A stretch of DNA of 64,000 nt from contig QPMI01000101.1 of NCBI GenBank assembly GCA_004431415.1, forward strand, positions 124,001 through 188,000. The letters are read 5' to 3'. Within the stretch, counting starts at the first letter, position 1, and each line of letters opens with the position of its first letter. Origin of the DNA: Cyanophora paradoxa CCMP329 (Eukaryota; Plantae; Glaucophyta). The notes beneath the pieces were generated by a model. The model did no database searches. It was not told the origin of the DNA and saw only the letters and a program-made list of their open reading frames with translations. Made by a program: the position numbers and the translations under genes. This document shows positions 13,181 to 25,746 of this stretch, piece by piece.

Positions 13181-14459
13181 CTACGGCGCCTTCTTCATCT
13201 TTAGCACAGCGCCAGGGGCGGGGTAGGGTCGCTGCTGGAATAGGGCTCCCGCCGCGGTGTAGTCTGCACGGGGCGGCGTGCACGTGAGCCGGGAAGGCGC
13301 GGGGCGAAACGGGACGGGGCGCGGCGGACCGGCCGGTTTGGGGGCGTTCATTCCCTTGGCGCCCTTCACGACGGGGAGCTCCTGCGCGGACGGGTTAGGA
13401 CGCGAGGGCGGGCCGGGCGGCGGCTGCGAGGGGCGCACGGAGGGGTCCAGATCGAGCAGGATGTCCTTCATCCTGTGCTTCTTCAGCGTCCCACGCGGCC
13501 CCGAGATCTCGTCCTCGTCGCCCTCCTCGTCACCCTCGTCCGCGCGCTGCGCCGCCCGCTTCCGCTCCGCCCGCTCGCTAGGCTGCTCGTCCGGCGGCGC
13601 CTCTCCGACGTACGGGATCGGCTTCGGTTTCGACGCCGCGTGGAAGTCGCCGCCACGCATGCGCGAGAACGAGCAGAAGTGGCAGATGCCCTGCGGCCAC
13701 GCGAGCGTCAGCGAAGACTGCGGGCGGGGCGCTCGGCGGATCGAGGCGAGGCAAGTGCGGAGGAGGCATGACGCACCGACTCCTGCACCGCGCAGGAGCG
13801 CGTGAGCGTTGGATTGCAGAATGGGCGAAGGATGAGGCGCGGGGAGAACGGACCCAAACGAGGCCTGCGCCCCACGCGAAGCACTCCTTGCAGCGCGACA
13901 GCGGCTTGTTCATACTCTTTTCCGCGGCCAGCCGCTGCTCCTCCGACTTGACCGTGTAGCGCAGGCGCCCATCGGGCCCTTTCGGGATGATCGGGCCAGT
14001 CGGACGCTCCCACTGCCGCTCGCCTGTCGACTGCTTGTAGTAGTAGTAGGTCTGATACGTCGCATCCCACGACGCAGCCCAGCCCGTGGGGAGCTCCCCG
14101 CTCGGCGGCGCTTGCGGCGGCACTGCAGGCGCCGCAGATGCTGGATAGCCGTAGGGCATACCGTAGCCGGGGTAAGCGCCATACGGATAAGCACCGTAAG
14201 CTCCATAGTAAGCTGCTGCTGCTGCCGCAGCTGCAGCAGGCGTCGCGGCGGCCGCAGCAGCTGCGTCGGCGCTCTTGTCCTTCTTCTTCTTCTTTTTCTT
14301 TTCGACAGGGGCGCCTTCCTTCGTCTCTCCCTCTTTCGGCGCGTCCTCTGTGCTTGTGGGCTTCGCGTCGGCCTCCGGCTTCGCGCCGGCTGGCTCCGCT
14401 GTCGCTGTCGCTGGTGCGGACTCGGCGGCCGCTGCGCTCGTCTCCTCGTCGCCCGCCAT
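13181..14459 (-). CDS. PQBP1: Polyglutamine-binding protein 1 homolog (WW domain, spliceosome-associated)
   Basis: WW domain LPTGWAASWD..YYYY..TGERQWERP; CxxC..WG.GLV..G.C.FC motif as in plant-type PQBP1; C-terminal DYTAAGALFQQRPYPAPGAVL matches the PQBP1 signature. Confidence 0.88.
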
Positions 14460-14773
14460 GCCTTCTGCTCGCCCTGCGCGCTGCGTTGCTGCGCGCTCTC
14501 GCTGCCTCGGACGCTTCCAGGACCCCCCGTACGTGAATTCGAGACCTCGAGTTGGCGCCCCGCGCCCGGCAGGCGCGCTCGGATCGCGGCGCGTTGTTGT
14601 GATGACGCTCTTGAGCGCATTTTGGGCGTCAAGCGGGGGCGCTGCGGCCGAAGACGCCGGCGAGTACGACAGCCTAAAGGGGGTGGGCCCCGCCCTGCAG
14701 CCCATTGCGCACGCCTCGAGTTAGGTCTAGGCCGCTAGGCCAGCGCAGTACTGGTGTTCGACGAGCGCTGATC

Positions 14774-16167
14774 ATGACTGACGCACCCGAACAGGTGATT
14801 CGAAAACGTTCCGATCCTGCACTAGTACTGCAAACTGGTCCGACGGTCAGCGATACATGATCGATCCCCCCAGGCCGCCCGCTGTCGGGCGGCAGCCATC
14901 GGACGCGCGCCGCAGACACGTGCGCCGGGCGGAGATCTTCCGGATCCAGCGCTCCCACAAGCGGATCATCCTCTACCGCGAGCTCTTGGTTTGCCTGTCC
15001 ATCCGCCCAACGCCCCTCCCCGGTCATCGCCCGTCGATCTAAGGCGGCGCCAACGCCCTTGCCCTCGCCCCAAGGACCGGCGCCGCGCTCTTCTTCCGCC
15101 TCGTCTTCGCTGTGTCCCCGCCGCCAACACGGCCTTCCAGGTCTGTGCCCCGTCGTCCTCCCGCTGTCTCCGGTGCCAGGATCGAGGCCCCAGCCGCGGG
15201 CCGGCGCGCAGTAATCCTCTCAGTTCGCGGGCGCCGGCGCCGGCGCCCTCCTCAACACCATCCAGCTTGGCCAGCTTGGTTTCCTGAAGCGCCGCACCGG
15301 GCCCACATGGAGATGGAGGCGACTTCCTGGGGTTCAGCGGTTGGCGGCGCGTCGGCAGCGCCCGACTCGGGGGTACAGGTGCGGATGGGACCCAAGGTGT
15401 ACCCTCCCCCCTCCCCCCTCCCCCGAGCGGCCCACTTTTTTGAATCCGGAGGCGGCGCGCAGAAAGTGCTACCCGCCCTATTGCCCCCGCGGCTTGGAGG
15501 CCCGCGAGCCGTTCCACGGGCGCTCCTCCGGCGCCCTCTATACGAATGGCGTGTGCGCGAGGCGTACCCTCCCCTCTCTTCCCCCCTCCAACCCGCGGGT
15601 GGCGTGCAGGGGGGCGTTCCCCTGCTGAGCTCCTGGCCGTTCCAGCACGAATCTCGGTACTATCCTGAGTGCGGCGCCGGCCGCGGCGGGTACAGCGTTT
15701 TCCTCTCGACCCAGAACGTCACTCGGGCGCGGGAGCAGCTCGACCAGCTCCGCGTCGACGAGTTTCTCGGCAGTGCCCCCAGAATCGCTTGTACCCTGCA
15801 CCTCCCGACCTGAAGCGAGTCTCGTACCTGAGACTTGACGTGGGCGGTGGCGCTGAGCTTTGCCGTGTACTATCCGCACACGGAGCTGTGCGTCGCGTTC
15901 GAGCTCCGTGCGGCCCTGCACCCCTCCCAGGATTCCGCCCCCCGTCCCAAACACCTTCCGACCGTGTACCTTCTCCACCAGTGGCCGGATTTTCTAAACG
16001 TGGGCCTTCGTTTTTTATCACACGTACGGCATCCGCTGCTGCGCACGCACGTGCCTCGTGATCGGGGCCCGGCGGCCCCGGGAGAGCCCCTGGCCCATCC
16101 CTGGGTTTCACTGGCGGTCTCGGATCGAACGTTTACGCAAGACGGGAAGCTAGCTATAGTTGTTTAG
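14774..16167 (+). CDS. Polycystin (PKD2-like extracellular domain) fragment; possibly truncated or pseudogene
   Basis: Exons YYPECGAGRGGYSVFLSTQNVTRAREQLDQLRVDEFL / DLTWAVALSFAVYYPHTELCVAFE resemble the polycystin GGY...L..L....W.D..TRAV.VEFTVYN motif. No six-TM channel region seen; boundaries uncertain. Confidence 0.55.
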
Positions 16168-16260
16168 GGCCGGCCACGGAAAAAAGACCACCGCGGCACG
16201 GCCGGCGGAGAGCTGCAGCTGCAAGTCACGGGGCCTAGGCGGCGCGGGCGGCGAGCGGGC

Positions 16261-17820
16261 TCATGGGGCCCCCGCTCGCGAACTTGCACTTCGCGTAGAG
16301 CCGCGCGAGGATCGCCTCGTAGACAACCTGCGCCCCGGTCGCGGCCGCCAGTTCAGATCCAAGAAGGCTGCATCGATATCTAAGATCCCATTCTGCTGGT
16401 CACACGAGCCGACCTGGTCGTCGGTCCCCAGGGTGAAGCGGGGCGGCTCCCCTTTCGCCCCAGGCAGGTGCGAGTCGGCCTGCCGGAGTGCCGTGCGCTC
16501 AGCCAGGGGGTACCGGGGTTCAGCGAGGGGCTCGGCATGCCCGGATGAGGAGGGTGTAGCGGAACTGGCTTCCGAGGCTGTCCTTCGGAGGCAGCGGCTT
16601 GGGCGTGACCTGGCGCAGACAGGGGAACGTCCACAAACCGCAGGACAGAGGGTACACGCGGGGTACACGCGCAAAAGAGGGGGTACAGACCTCGTAGACC
16701 TGGCGAAGGGCGAATAGGTCCCTCCTCTCCCCGCTCTGCCAATCGCGACGGCGCAGATTAGATCAGACCGGACTTGAGAGCTCAGCTTCAAGGGACTGCC
16801 GCGGGCACCGTGGCGATTTCCTGACAGAGCGTCGCGTTGACGAAGATATTCCGGCCCACCCTGCGGACCCCGATTGATCGCGAGGGTACAGCGCGTTACG
16901 GGAGCGGGATTGAAGCCGGGCCCAAGGCGGGAGCGGGGTACGCACCACTTGCGGGCCATGAAGCCTCCTTCGAGGAAAAAGACGGTGGCGGCGATGAGGG
17001 GAACGTCCGCGGCCTGCCGGGCGATCAGAGCGGAGCCAGCTCAGGGGGCGCCGCTGCAGCGCCTCAGTTTGGACGCACGTCGCGCGCGTGCTGATCGGAG
17101 GCGCCCCCTCCACGGCGCTCGAGATCGATTCTGGCGGGACGATAGTCGACCTGAGAAGGTGCGAGGGCGATCGTGCGCGCGCGTGAGCGCTCCGGCGTGG
17201 GCGCCAGCGCCAGCTAGCGCGCCAGTCACGCACCACCTCCTCTTCCGTAATGCTAAGCTTCTGCCCCGTGAGGCGCTTCTCCTGCTTCTTCAGGTCTGCG
17301 GGTACCGGTCAGAGGGCGCACTAAGACTTAAATATATGTCAGCTGCTTGTAAGCTGCAGCTCCGGCGGATTGCAATTGGGGGACGACGCACCGTTCAAGA
17401 GCTCCATTTGAAGGCTGTTGCACCGGCCAACGGCGAGCGCCTTTTTCCGCGCCTGAAGAGGGTCGACCCCCGTGGCGAAAGCTGCGGACTCCGGAACATC
17501 GCTGCCGCTGACCGGGACGATGTCTTCCTGGGGATCTGCAGGGGCAGGCGCTGCGCATGCAAGCGCATATGGCTGCGCAATAGCCGCTGGTTCTGCGATC
17601 GGCTTAACCTTTGCGTCGCCTGGCAAGCTGTCCGGGTCGGGGAATATGGAGGTCACGCCGATCTGTGGATGCCCTCCCTTCGATCGCTTTAATTTGAGCG
17701 GGACGAATTGCAGGCGATGGCCAGATCGCTCGGAAGCGATCGGCGTGAGGGCTGCGACTCCGATACTACTTCTTCGGGCTTCACGCGCGCGCAGCACAAG
17801 AATCCTCGCTGCGTCTTCAT
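16261..17820 (-). CDS. Hypothetical multi-exon protein
   Basis: Coding-like segments (IGVTSIFPDPDSL..; DLKKQEKRLTGQKLSITEEEVVRDW; VPLIAATVFFLEGGFMARKW) bounded by plausible splice sites; no family recognised. Confidence 0.35.
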
Positions 17821-18809
17821 TCTAGATCTGCTGCCGCTGCTGCCGTCAGAGCGGATGTCGATCCTCGGCAGCTGGCGCTCCCGATCCAGCAGATCGATCG
17901 TGCGCTATTGCTACAGCTAGCGCTGCGCTCGCGATCCAGATCACAGCGTACACGCCGTGACGTGCACAACGATCGTCACGGCGTCTCGACAAGGCGCCAT
18001 CTGCAGGGCCTCGCCTTCCGCGGACAGCGATTAAATATTGCGTTTCTGCAGCTGGATGAAATGTACAGAGCGCTGCTGCAGGAGGAGGATCGGCGCGCTG
18101 CCGGCGGCGACAGCACCGACCCGACGAACATCGGCGCGTACGCAACCTCTCGCGTGATCCAACCGCTTCGGCAAGCTCACTCGGCGATTCTGCTTTCGCA
18201 CGCGTTCTGTCGGCAGGCTTCAAGGCTTATAATTACTCTCGCTTGAGACTTCTCAGAGTCTGCGCGGCCGGCGTGTGCATCATGATGACAGCACTCAGTG
18301 ACTGATCACGATCATGCGATTACGATCGTAACTAGGACGTCTTAGCTTTTGATCTAAAAGAGCTCACTTGGCCCCCAGTGGGGGTGTTCGGGTGCCCACC
18401 CTAGGCCAAAATGAAATGTCCCGAGCTCCCAAAACCCGGGTTTTCTCGCCGGATCCTAGCAAGCCATGTCCCTATATATGCTAGGAGTCCGGAAACGTGT
18501 GCCGGGAGTTCCGAGTCCTATCTGGTGGACCAGGAATGGGCAGTAACACATTTTCGAAAAATGCAATCTAGCGCCTCACCAAGTGCACGTGGCGGTATAT
18601 CTGCCGGACCATGCAAGTGCGCCTAAACGCGCGTGATATCGATGAGCCCGATCGCGACGATTCATGTCATACATGCCGAGACCGGAGGAGCACAGGGTGG
18701 CCCGCTAGGCCGCCTAAAGTACCTTCGTACAAGCGAGTCCCTGCGGAGCAGGAGTGGCCTTGGGTCTTGGGGTTTCAAGGGGTGAGGGTGGCCGCTCTTT
18801 GTTTTAAAA

Positions 18810-21800
18810 CGGGGCCCCAATGTCATGCCCAATCGTGCCCAAGTACGTGCCCAGACGAAGTTCGGACATGCTCAAGGAGGGCACGACTCGGAAACTCTTT
18901 CACAACGAAAGGCTATTCCAAAATCGATCGTCCAGGGCACGCGGATCGCAGTCCTTCACGCTGATGGATACCAGCTGCGCGCCCAACGTGAGCTCCATTG
19001 TCGTGTCCAAATGGTGCTCAAAACCATACCCAAACGTGCCTCGCGGGGCACGTTTGAGTATGATTTGGGCACGTCGGAGCATGGGGTTTGGGCATGACAG
19101 AGACGCACGTCGCCGACTGCAAGGTTGGCGATCTCCCCGGCTCTCTTGCGGGCGAAGTCAATCATCCTGTTCCTGTACGCCGAGAGACGATCGTTCAGGA
19201 CCCCTACGTAAGCCTTGTACTTCTCGTGCTCCTTCTGCGGGAACAATGTCAGTGCCGACAGCCATTAACGTAAACAGGACATAGCGAACCATGAAAGCGA
19301 TCGGCATCCCCTCGATGGTGCCACGACGGAAGCCGCCTTTGAGATGGCGCTCTGCGGAGTCCAAGTACTGCTCCGATTCCTTAGATTCCTCCTCCTCCAT
19401 GTCCTTCACATACTTGTCCCAGAGGATCTGCTGCTTGTCGGTGGGCACCCAGCTGTCCCGGGCAGCTGCAGCCTCAACATCTTCGTCCGTGCCGACATCG
19501 ACAGTGATTCCCGCATCCTGCACGACGGGCATGGGAGGGAGCAGCATCAAAGCGTTCAAGAAGGCCTAGGGAGGTGTGCACCTTCATGAGCTCCTGGAGC
19601 GTAGTGCCCTGCACGACCTCCCGCTCGTTGTAGACACGATCAGAGGAGGCGGGAGCCAGGTTTCCGAATCGCTCGGACGGATCTCTGTTGAACATGACCT
19701 TGAAAGGCGTCTGCTTGTGCCCCTTGGTGAAGATGGATGTGTTCATCTGCCACTGGACCTGTGCCTGGGTTGGTTGCAGGGCGCGAGCATGTCGGCACGG
19801 TCATACCGGGCCCAGGGCGGACACCCAGTCTTTCGTTCCGTTGAAGAAGCAGTACGCAGTGACTCGGCGGCCGAGCGTCCGGTTCGCGCGCTCCACAGAA
19901 CCTGCAAAACACGGTCATACCCGAACATGCTCAAACATGCTCGGCACGTGCTCAAAAAGATCGTTGGGCACGATTGAGCATGATGTTGGGCATGTCGCGG
20001 GCATGACGCGGGCATGGCGGGGGCATGGCGAACCTTGGTGCCAGGGACGGTAAGGCGCGCCGGTGATGATCACTATCTTGCGCCCCGTCACTCGCTGCCA
20101 TTGCTTGCACGTCGAGCGAACAACCTGCGTCCACTTTCAGCTGATATGACGGCCCTAGGCAGACGTCCAAATGTACCCTGTTTACGAACTCGGACCCGTT
20201 GTCGTGATGCAGCACTTGTGGGACTCCCATCACCTGGAAAATCTCGACAAGAGCCTGTGCGACGCACCAGGCGGCCTTGAATTCCAGCGGCCTCAGGATG
20301 CTGAACCGAGAGAAGTGGTCCTGTAAATGCACCCATCATGATCAATGAACAGCCAGACAGATGGTGTTGAACAGCGAACCCGGACGTGCAAGACGTATCT
20401 GTACCGGCGAGTCGGGTGATCGAACCACTCGACATCCTCGCAGTCGAGCCTGTCCATGGCCGCCGCTTCCTCGTCGGTCTCAGGGATCCTTGGCACTCGA
20501 ATCGGGATGGGAAGCTTGCTGAAGTCCTTGAGGTCGATGACGACGCGAGACCAGGCGGACTTTGCGACGATAGGCTTCATGCCCGCGAGCTTCGCAGCGA
20601 GCTCGACCGCCCTGTTGATGGCACAGTACGGGCAGCGCTGCGTACGGGTGTCAGTCTTGCTCAGGGTCCCCGCGCGGGCAGCTGCAGCGAGCACCTTGCA
20701 GAAGTACTCGACGAACTTGTCTTTGATGGCATAGACGCGCGAAACCTTGCCCTTGACGGTGTACGCAGCCTCGTGCGCCGCGTTATGGTACTCCTGCGCG
20801 CGCGTCGTCACGTCGTGCTCCGGGCACGGTTTGAGCACGATTGGGCACGATGTTTGGACACGTCCTTACCGACAGGATTTCGAAGACCTCGCGGGCGTCC
20901 TTCGGCAAGATACGCACTTGAGTAGGGGCCGTCGCCGCCACCGCTCCAGTGTTGTTCTTCTGGCGCTTCTTGGCCACCTGCACTTCCTGCATGACATACA
21001 CCGCGGGTCCGTTCGGGTCGCGCGGGTTTGGCTGCTCGACTAGAACGTAGTTGCCGGTGCGGTTCTTGATCCGCTGATCGTTACTCTTCTTGGCCCTCCC
21101 TCCGCAGCCTTCTGGTTCTGCTCGTCGCTCTTGTTCGGATCCGCTGGCGCCTCCAGGTCCTTCCTCTGGACGCGCGCACGCACGACTGGCTTCGACGCGT
21201 TCAGCCGCTTGATCGCCTCCTTGTCGTTCGCGTCCCCGGCTGCCTTCATGTCCCGCTCCCAGACCAGCGCGTTGTAGCGTTCCGTCTCGTCGAGTGCGCG
21301 CTCCGCGTTGGGATTCCCCTGCTCGTCCTGCATGTCCTTGTGCTTCCGGAATGGCGCTAATTCGTTGCACGCCTTTATGAACTCTTCGTACGTCCAGCGC
21401 ACGGTGTGCCGCGTGCTGGTCGTTTCCTCGCTGGGCGCTGCGCCGCCGTCCGAGCCGTCCGATTGCCGCTGGGTCGCAGCAGTTGGTGCCCTACGCTGCT
21501 CCGGAGGGACGACATACGCGCCAGGCGGCGGGCCAGCTGCTGCCGTGCTGTTCCCGCCACCATTGCTTGAACTGCTCGAAGGCCCCGCGCGTGCCTGCTG
21601 GAGCTGATCTAAGAGAGATCTAGCAAGATGCCCGCCAGGACAATGGCCGCGGTGGCCCTCCTTGTGATCGCAGTCGCAGCTCGAGAACGACGAGATCAGC
21701 TGCTCGATGTGGCAGGTACACTTGCGGCCGCACCACGCGCGACCCGCGAGCACAGCTGTCTGTAGCGCGAAGCTGCAGAAGACGCAGAACTGCAGAATCT

Positions 21801-21962
21801 GGCCGGCCGCCTGAATCTCCTCCGGCGACAGGCCCAACATCGCTGCAGCTGTCTGGGCTCTAACACCTGTCGTGCCCAACACAAAGCTTACGTGCCCAAG
21901 CCTTTGGGCACGACGCGCCCTAGCCCCGACGTGCCCAAAGCGGATTTGGGCACGGGGCCCCG
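18810..21962 (-). mobile_element. DNA transposon encoding a retroviral-type integrase (Ginger/KRBA2-like); no RT or LTRs
   Basis: Inverted CGGGGCCCC at 18810-18818 and 21954-21962, each followed inward by clustered RTGCCCAA motifs; single internal integrase gene. No TSD identified, so ends are approximate. Confidence 0.7.
18900..21840 (-). CDS. Intron-containing DDE integrase/transposase with HHCC zinc finger; one frameshift near 21100
   Basis: YHNAAH...CKRCPYC (HHCC); SRVVIDLKDF; DHFSRFSILRPL; GVPQVLHHDNGSEFVN; TGAPYRPWHQG|SVERANRTL; MNTS...KQTPFKVMFNRDP; C-terminal LAVGD|LVSISV. Confidence 0.88.
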
Positions 21963-22103
21963 GCAATCATGTAATAGGCCCGTCCAACTCGATTCTGCTA
22001 CGTGGTGCAAAAGGGTACGTAGTGGAGTGGCAACACTAGTGACTCCAGCCTTCCAGCCGGGTACAGAGGCTCTTTGCAATTTCCATCGGCGAAGGGGAAG
22101 CAA

Positions 22104-25100
22104 TTTTTTTTTTGGTGAATTACCGGCCACAGTCTCTAGACACCAGCACTGCGGGGGCTGCCCAGGGGGCATAGAGACAAAAAAGCAAAATAACTAATTT
22201 TAAGATAAGACAAAGAGCCAAAATCGACAGTAAAAAAGGAAAGACACAGAGCTCGAGACAGATCGATTGCGAGAAGAGACGATAAATCGAGCAGATCTAG
22301 GGACAGAGGATAACTGACACGAAGAAGAGCCAGAGCTAGAGGATAACTGACACGAAGAAGAGCCAGAGCTAGAGATACCATCAATATCAGAAGGAATTAC
22401 ATCACTAAGAAGCGGGGGACAAAATTGAGAAAGATAAAGAACAGGAAGAAGACAAGTAAGAGGAACAACAAGACGACATGGAGGCGGAGGCGAAGCAGGA
22501 CGATGCGAAAGGGCAGAGCTACGGCACGAGGTCGAGGAGGACACAGGAGGCGGAGCAGGCGGATCAAGAGCAGGCAAAAGAACAGTCAAAGGAATCACTA
22601 AAGCCGGCCGGGGTCGAGGCGGGCAATCGAACTGCAAACGACGGCGAACAACAGGTCGAGCACGAGGACTATAGCTAGTATTGAAACTAACTCTAGCATC
22701 AACACTACGATCAGAATCCGAACCAGACCAAACTAAACTAGAAGACGAAGAAGTACGCCGGCGCCGGCGGGATACGATCGCGACCAGCGAAGCAGAAGAC
22801 AAGGACAAAGGCGGTAGTCCGGTATCAAGAACAAAGGCCGGAGGGTCCGGCCCGGCAAACCGCCGGGGGAAGTAGAAGGAGCCGCAGGCTCGGCAAGCCG
22901 GCGACGGGTACGACCACGAGTCCGGAAGGAGATCGGGGAAGCCGGTCCCGGAGCTGAGGGCCCAGGAGCAGAGCCAGGAGAAGGTAAGCCCGGCGAGAAA
23001 TCTGACCCGGAGCCGGAACCCAGCGAACGACGACGACGAAGAGGCCCCGAGGAGCCACGACGGGGGAGCTACCGAGCAAAGTACTGACAGCCGGCGCCGA
23101 ACACGGCGGCGGAGGTACCCCGCAGACAGTGGCAGGCGGAGAGTCCAGGGTCGATCGAGAGATCCGCCGACGGGAATGCGGCGGGGGCCGACGAGACGGA
23201 AGAGGCGAGGAGGGGGCCGAGGAAGGGTCGGAGGCAGGGGAAGGGCCACGAGCAGGTGACGGGGATCGCTGCCGGCGCCGAAGAGAGGGCAGCAAACTTT
23301 GAAAGCAGGAGAAAGGTCGGGTGGCGCCGGATCAGATGACACGGAGGTCATGGCCATGGGCGGTGCAGAGAGAGACGAGCTCGAGGGCGCAAGGGCCCGA
23401 CGAGGGCGCCGGCGGCGAATCTCACGAGCGCCAGGAAGCGGGATAGGACCCGCAGATGGGACCCGAGGCGCCGAAGGGGGAGCAGGGAGCCGGAATGACG
23501 GGGAGATCGAAAAGAGGACAGTCTCGCCAACACTCGGAAGCGGGGCAGAGGCCGAGGACCCGGAGCTCGAGGGGGGGAGGGAGGGCGGAGGAGGAGAGAG
23601 GAGGCGGCTATTCGAAGGGTATGGAGAATCGAGAGCGGAGGCGAGGGAGGCCGAAGTGATGGCGAGCTCTGGAGGCGAGGGGCCTGCAAGCGATCCGGGA
23701 AAGTGGATGCAGACGCAAAGAGACCGGGGACGTAGAGGCGGGAGGGGCATGCAAAAAGATAGTGCCGCCCAGCGTCACAGTTGCAGAAGCGGGGGCAAGA
23801 AGGATGGGCTGAAGAGGGGGCTGAACCAGGAGGACGTCAGAAAGAGGGCCTCGCAGGGGCGGAAGTGGAGGAGCAAGGGGAAGAGGTAAGAAGGGGTATG
23901 GAGCTGCAAGATGACCAGGGACCTGCCGGGGAACAGGCAAGTGAAGAGGCCCCGTGACAGCAAGTTGTAAGGAGGGAGGAGGCAGAGGCGGGGCCAGAGG
24001 GCCAAGGAGCACAGGGATCGGGACCGCAGGGAATGGGGGGAAAGGAGCGTCGAGAGGGGCAGCGAGAGCAGGAATAGGAATGGGCCCAAGGGTCACTACA
24101 GGGGCCAGAGCAGGAGGGGACGGCGCAGGAGGCGGGCGACCACCAGGGATCCCCAACGGGACATTCCCACGAACGGCAAACTCCGCAGGATTCCGGAGGA
24201 CAGAATCGATGTCACGCGAAGAGACGAGGTTGTCAGCACCGCCCGAAGAAGGAGCGCCGGACGAGTCAGAATCAGAGCTTGAACTCAGTGACTAGAACGA
24301 TGAGAACCGGTACCAGACTCTGAATCATGTGCGTCATCATCCGAGGCAGCCTGATCATCAGCGTCAGCAGCAGCCAAGCGAGCGCGCCGCTCCTCCAACA
24401 AGGCCGAAGCCTGCGAAAGGGTGAACTCGAGGTACGACATATTTCTGTCCCAGGCGGCAACAAGCGCGGCGCGGTTGTAAGAAGGCGCATCAATGTCAGC
24501 CTCCTCAAGATCGCACCGAGCGCGAGCAACCTGTTGGATGGAAAATACGCCAGCAAGGATCGCTCCAAGTGAGCGAAGGCAGAAGGCGGGGTTAACTTTA
24601 CTGCGCAAAATGGGCCCAGATAAATCCGGAACCGAGAGGATGTGGAAGAGAGAGAGCTCAGGCACTGCGACCTCTTCACGCTCATCCGGTGGAAGAGTAG
24701 AAGCCCAGAAATTCAGGCGCTCACGAATGAAATCCCAGAACGAACGAGAAAGCGGGCACTCAGAGAAAACGTGCGCGTGAGAGCGAGCAGATCCGTCATT
24801 ACAAACCCGACAGAAACGACGGCGGGGCGACTGTTGCTCGCCCAAACGATACAATTTGAAATGCAAACGGTAAAGAGCATCGATCCAAAGCATCGGGAAA
24901 CACTGAAGGACGACAAGATTAGGAAGACGGGACGGAGACAAGGCGCCGGGAAACCCCCACTTAGCATCGGGCATCTGAGCGTGGCTAGACACATCGCGAA
25001 GCCGCTGGACCTCAAGGCAGTAGAAGCGACGAACAGAGGAGAGGCGGAGAGGGAGCATACGAGCGAAAGTGAACGCAAGATTATCAAGAGAAAGAAAGGC

Positions 25101-25746
25101 CGAAGGGCCTGCGCCAAGAACAAAAAGGCCAGGCAGGGTCCCGCGACGAAGAGAGAGGAAGACAGCGCTGAAGCAAACATGCAGCGGGAGCAAACGGGAC
25201 AGAATTGAATTGGAGCTCGAGGATAGGCCCACAGGGTGGGAAGCCGCAGGGCGGCAAGGAACGCGCGGTATGTAGTCCAGCACCCGTGGAATTATCTGGT
25301 TATCGCGAACGGGAAGGCAACAAAAGTACCACTTGGGCCTCGAAGGAGAGCAAACGAGGCGTCCGGTCCGGACCACCAGAGATGCTGAGGCGGCGATGCA
25401 GGGGCCTCGAGAACCTGGCGCCAAGTAGCCGGGAGCGCAGAACACAGACTAGGGAAAAAGGAGTGGAGGGCGGAGGAGGCAGCTGCTGGAGCCCGGAACC
25501 CCCGGGCAGCACAATCCCAGATATCGCAGACCCGCAGCAAGCCGGACCGTGCACAGCGACTCCAGTCGACCTCGTCGCCGGGAGTACTGAACAGAGGATT
25601 GAAGAAAAGAGGTTGGGATAACACTTCGGGAGAGTTACGAGGTTGACACACGCCCTGGCGCTGAGCCCACTCGGAGAGAGTCCGCTTCCAAATAGGAGGC
25701 AAGTCAAGTCTGTCAAGTGGGAGGCGGAGCGAGACAAGGGCGGGGC
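22104..25746 (-). mobile_element. 5'-truncated non-LTR retrotransposon (L1/Tx1-like) with poly(A) tail
   Basis: ORF2 C-terminal remnant QPLFFNPLF...RFCRVCNDGSARSHAHVFSECPLSRSFWDFI (zf-RVT CCHC), frameshifted near 25320; T10 at 22104-22113 (poly-A on minus strand); flanking AAGCAA at 22098-22103 and 25747-25752 as candidate TSD. Confidence 0.8.

Noticed and set aside
17893-18246. 112-aa plus-strand ORF with coding-like composition
   Set aside because: No ATG context or recognisable family; may be a decayed fragment.
22028-22039. TGGCAACACTA, resembling a hAT-type TIR end
   Set aside because: No partner end found in the window.
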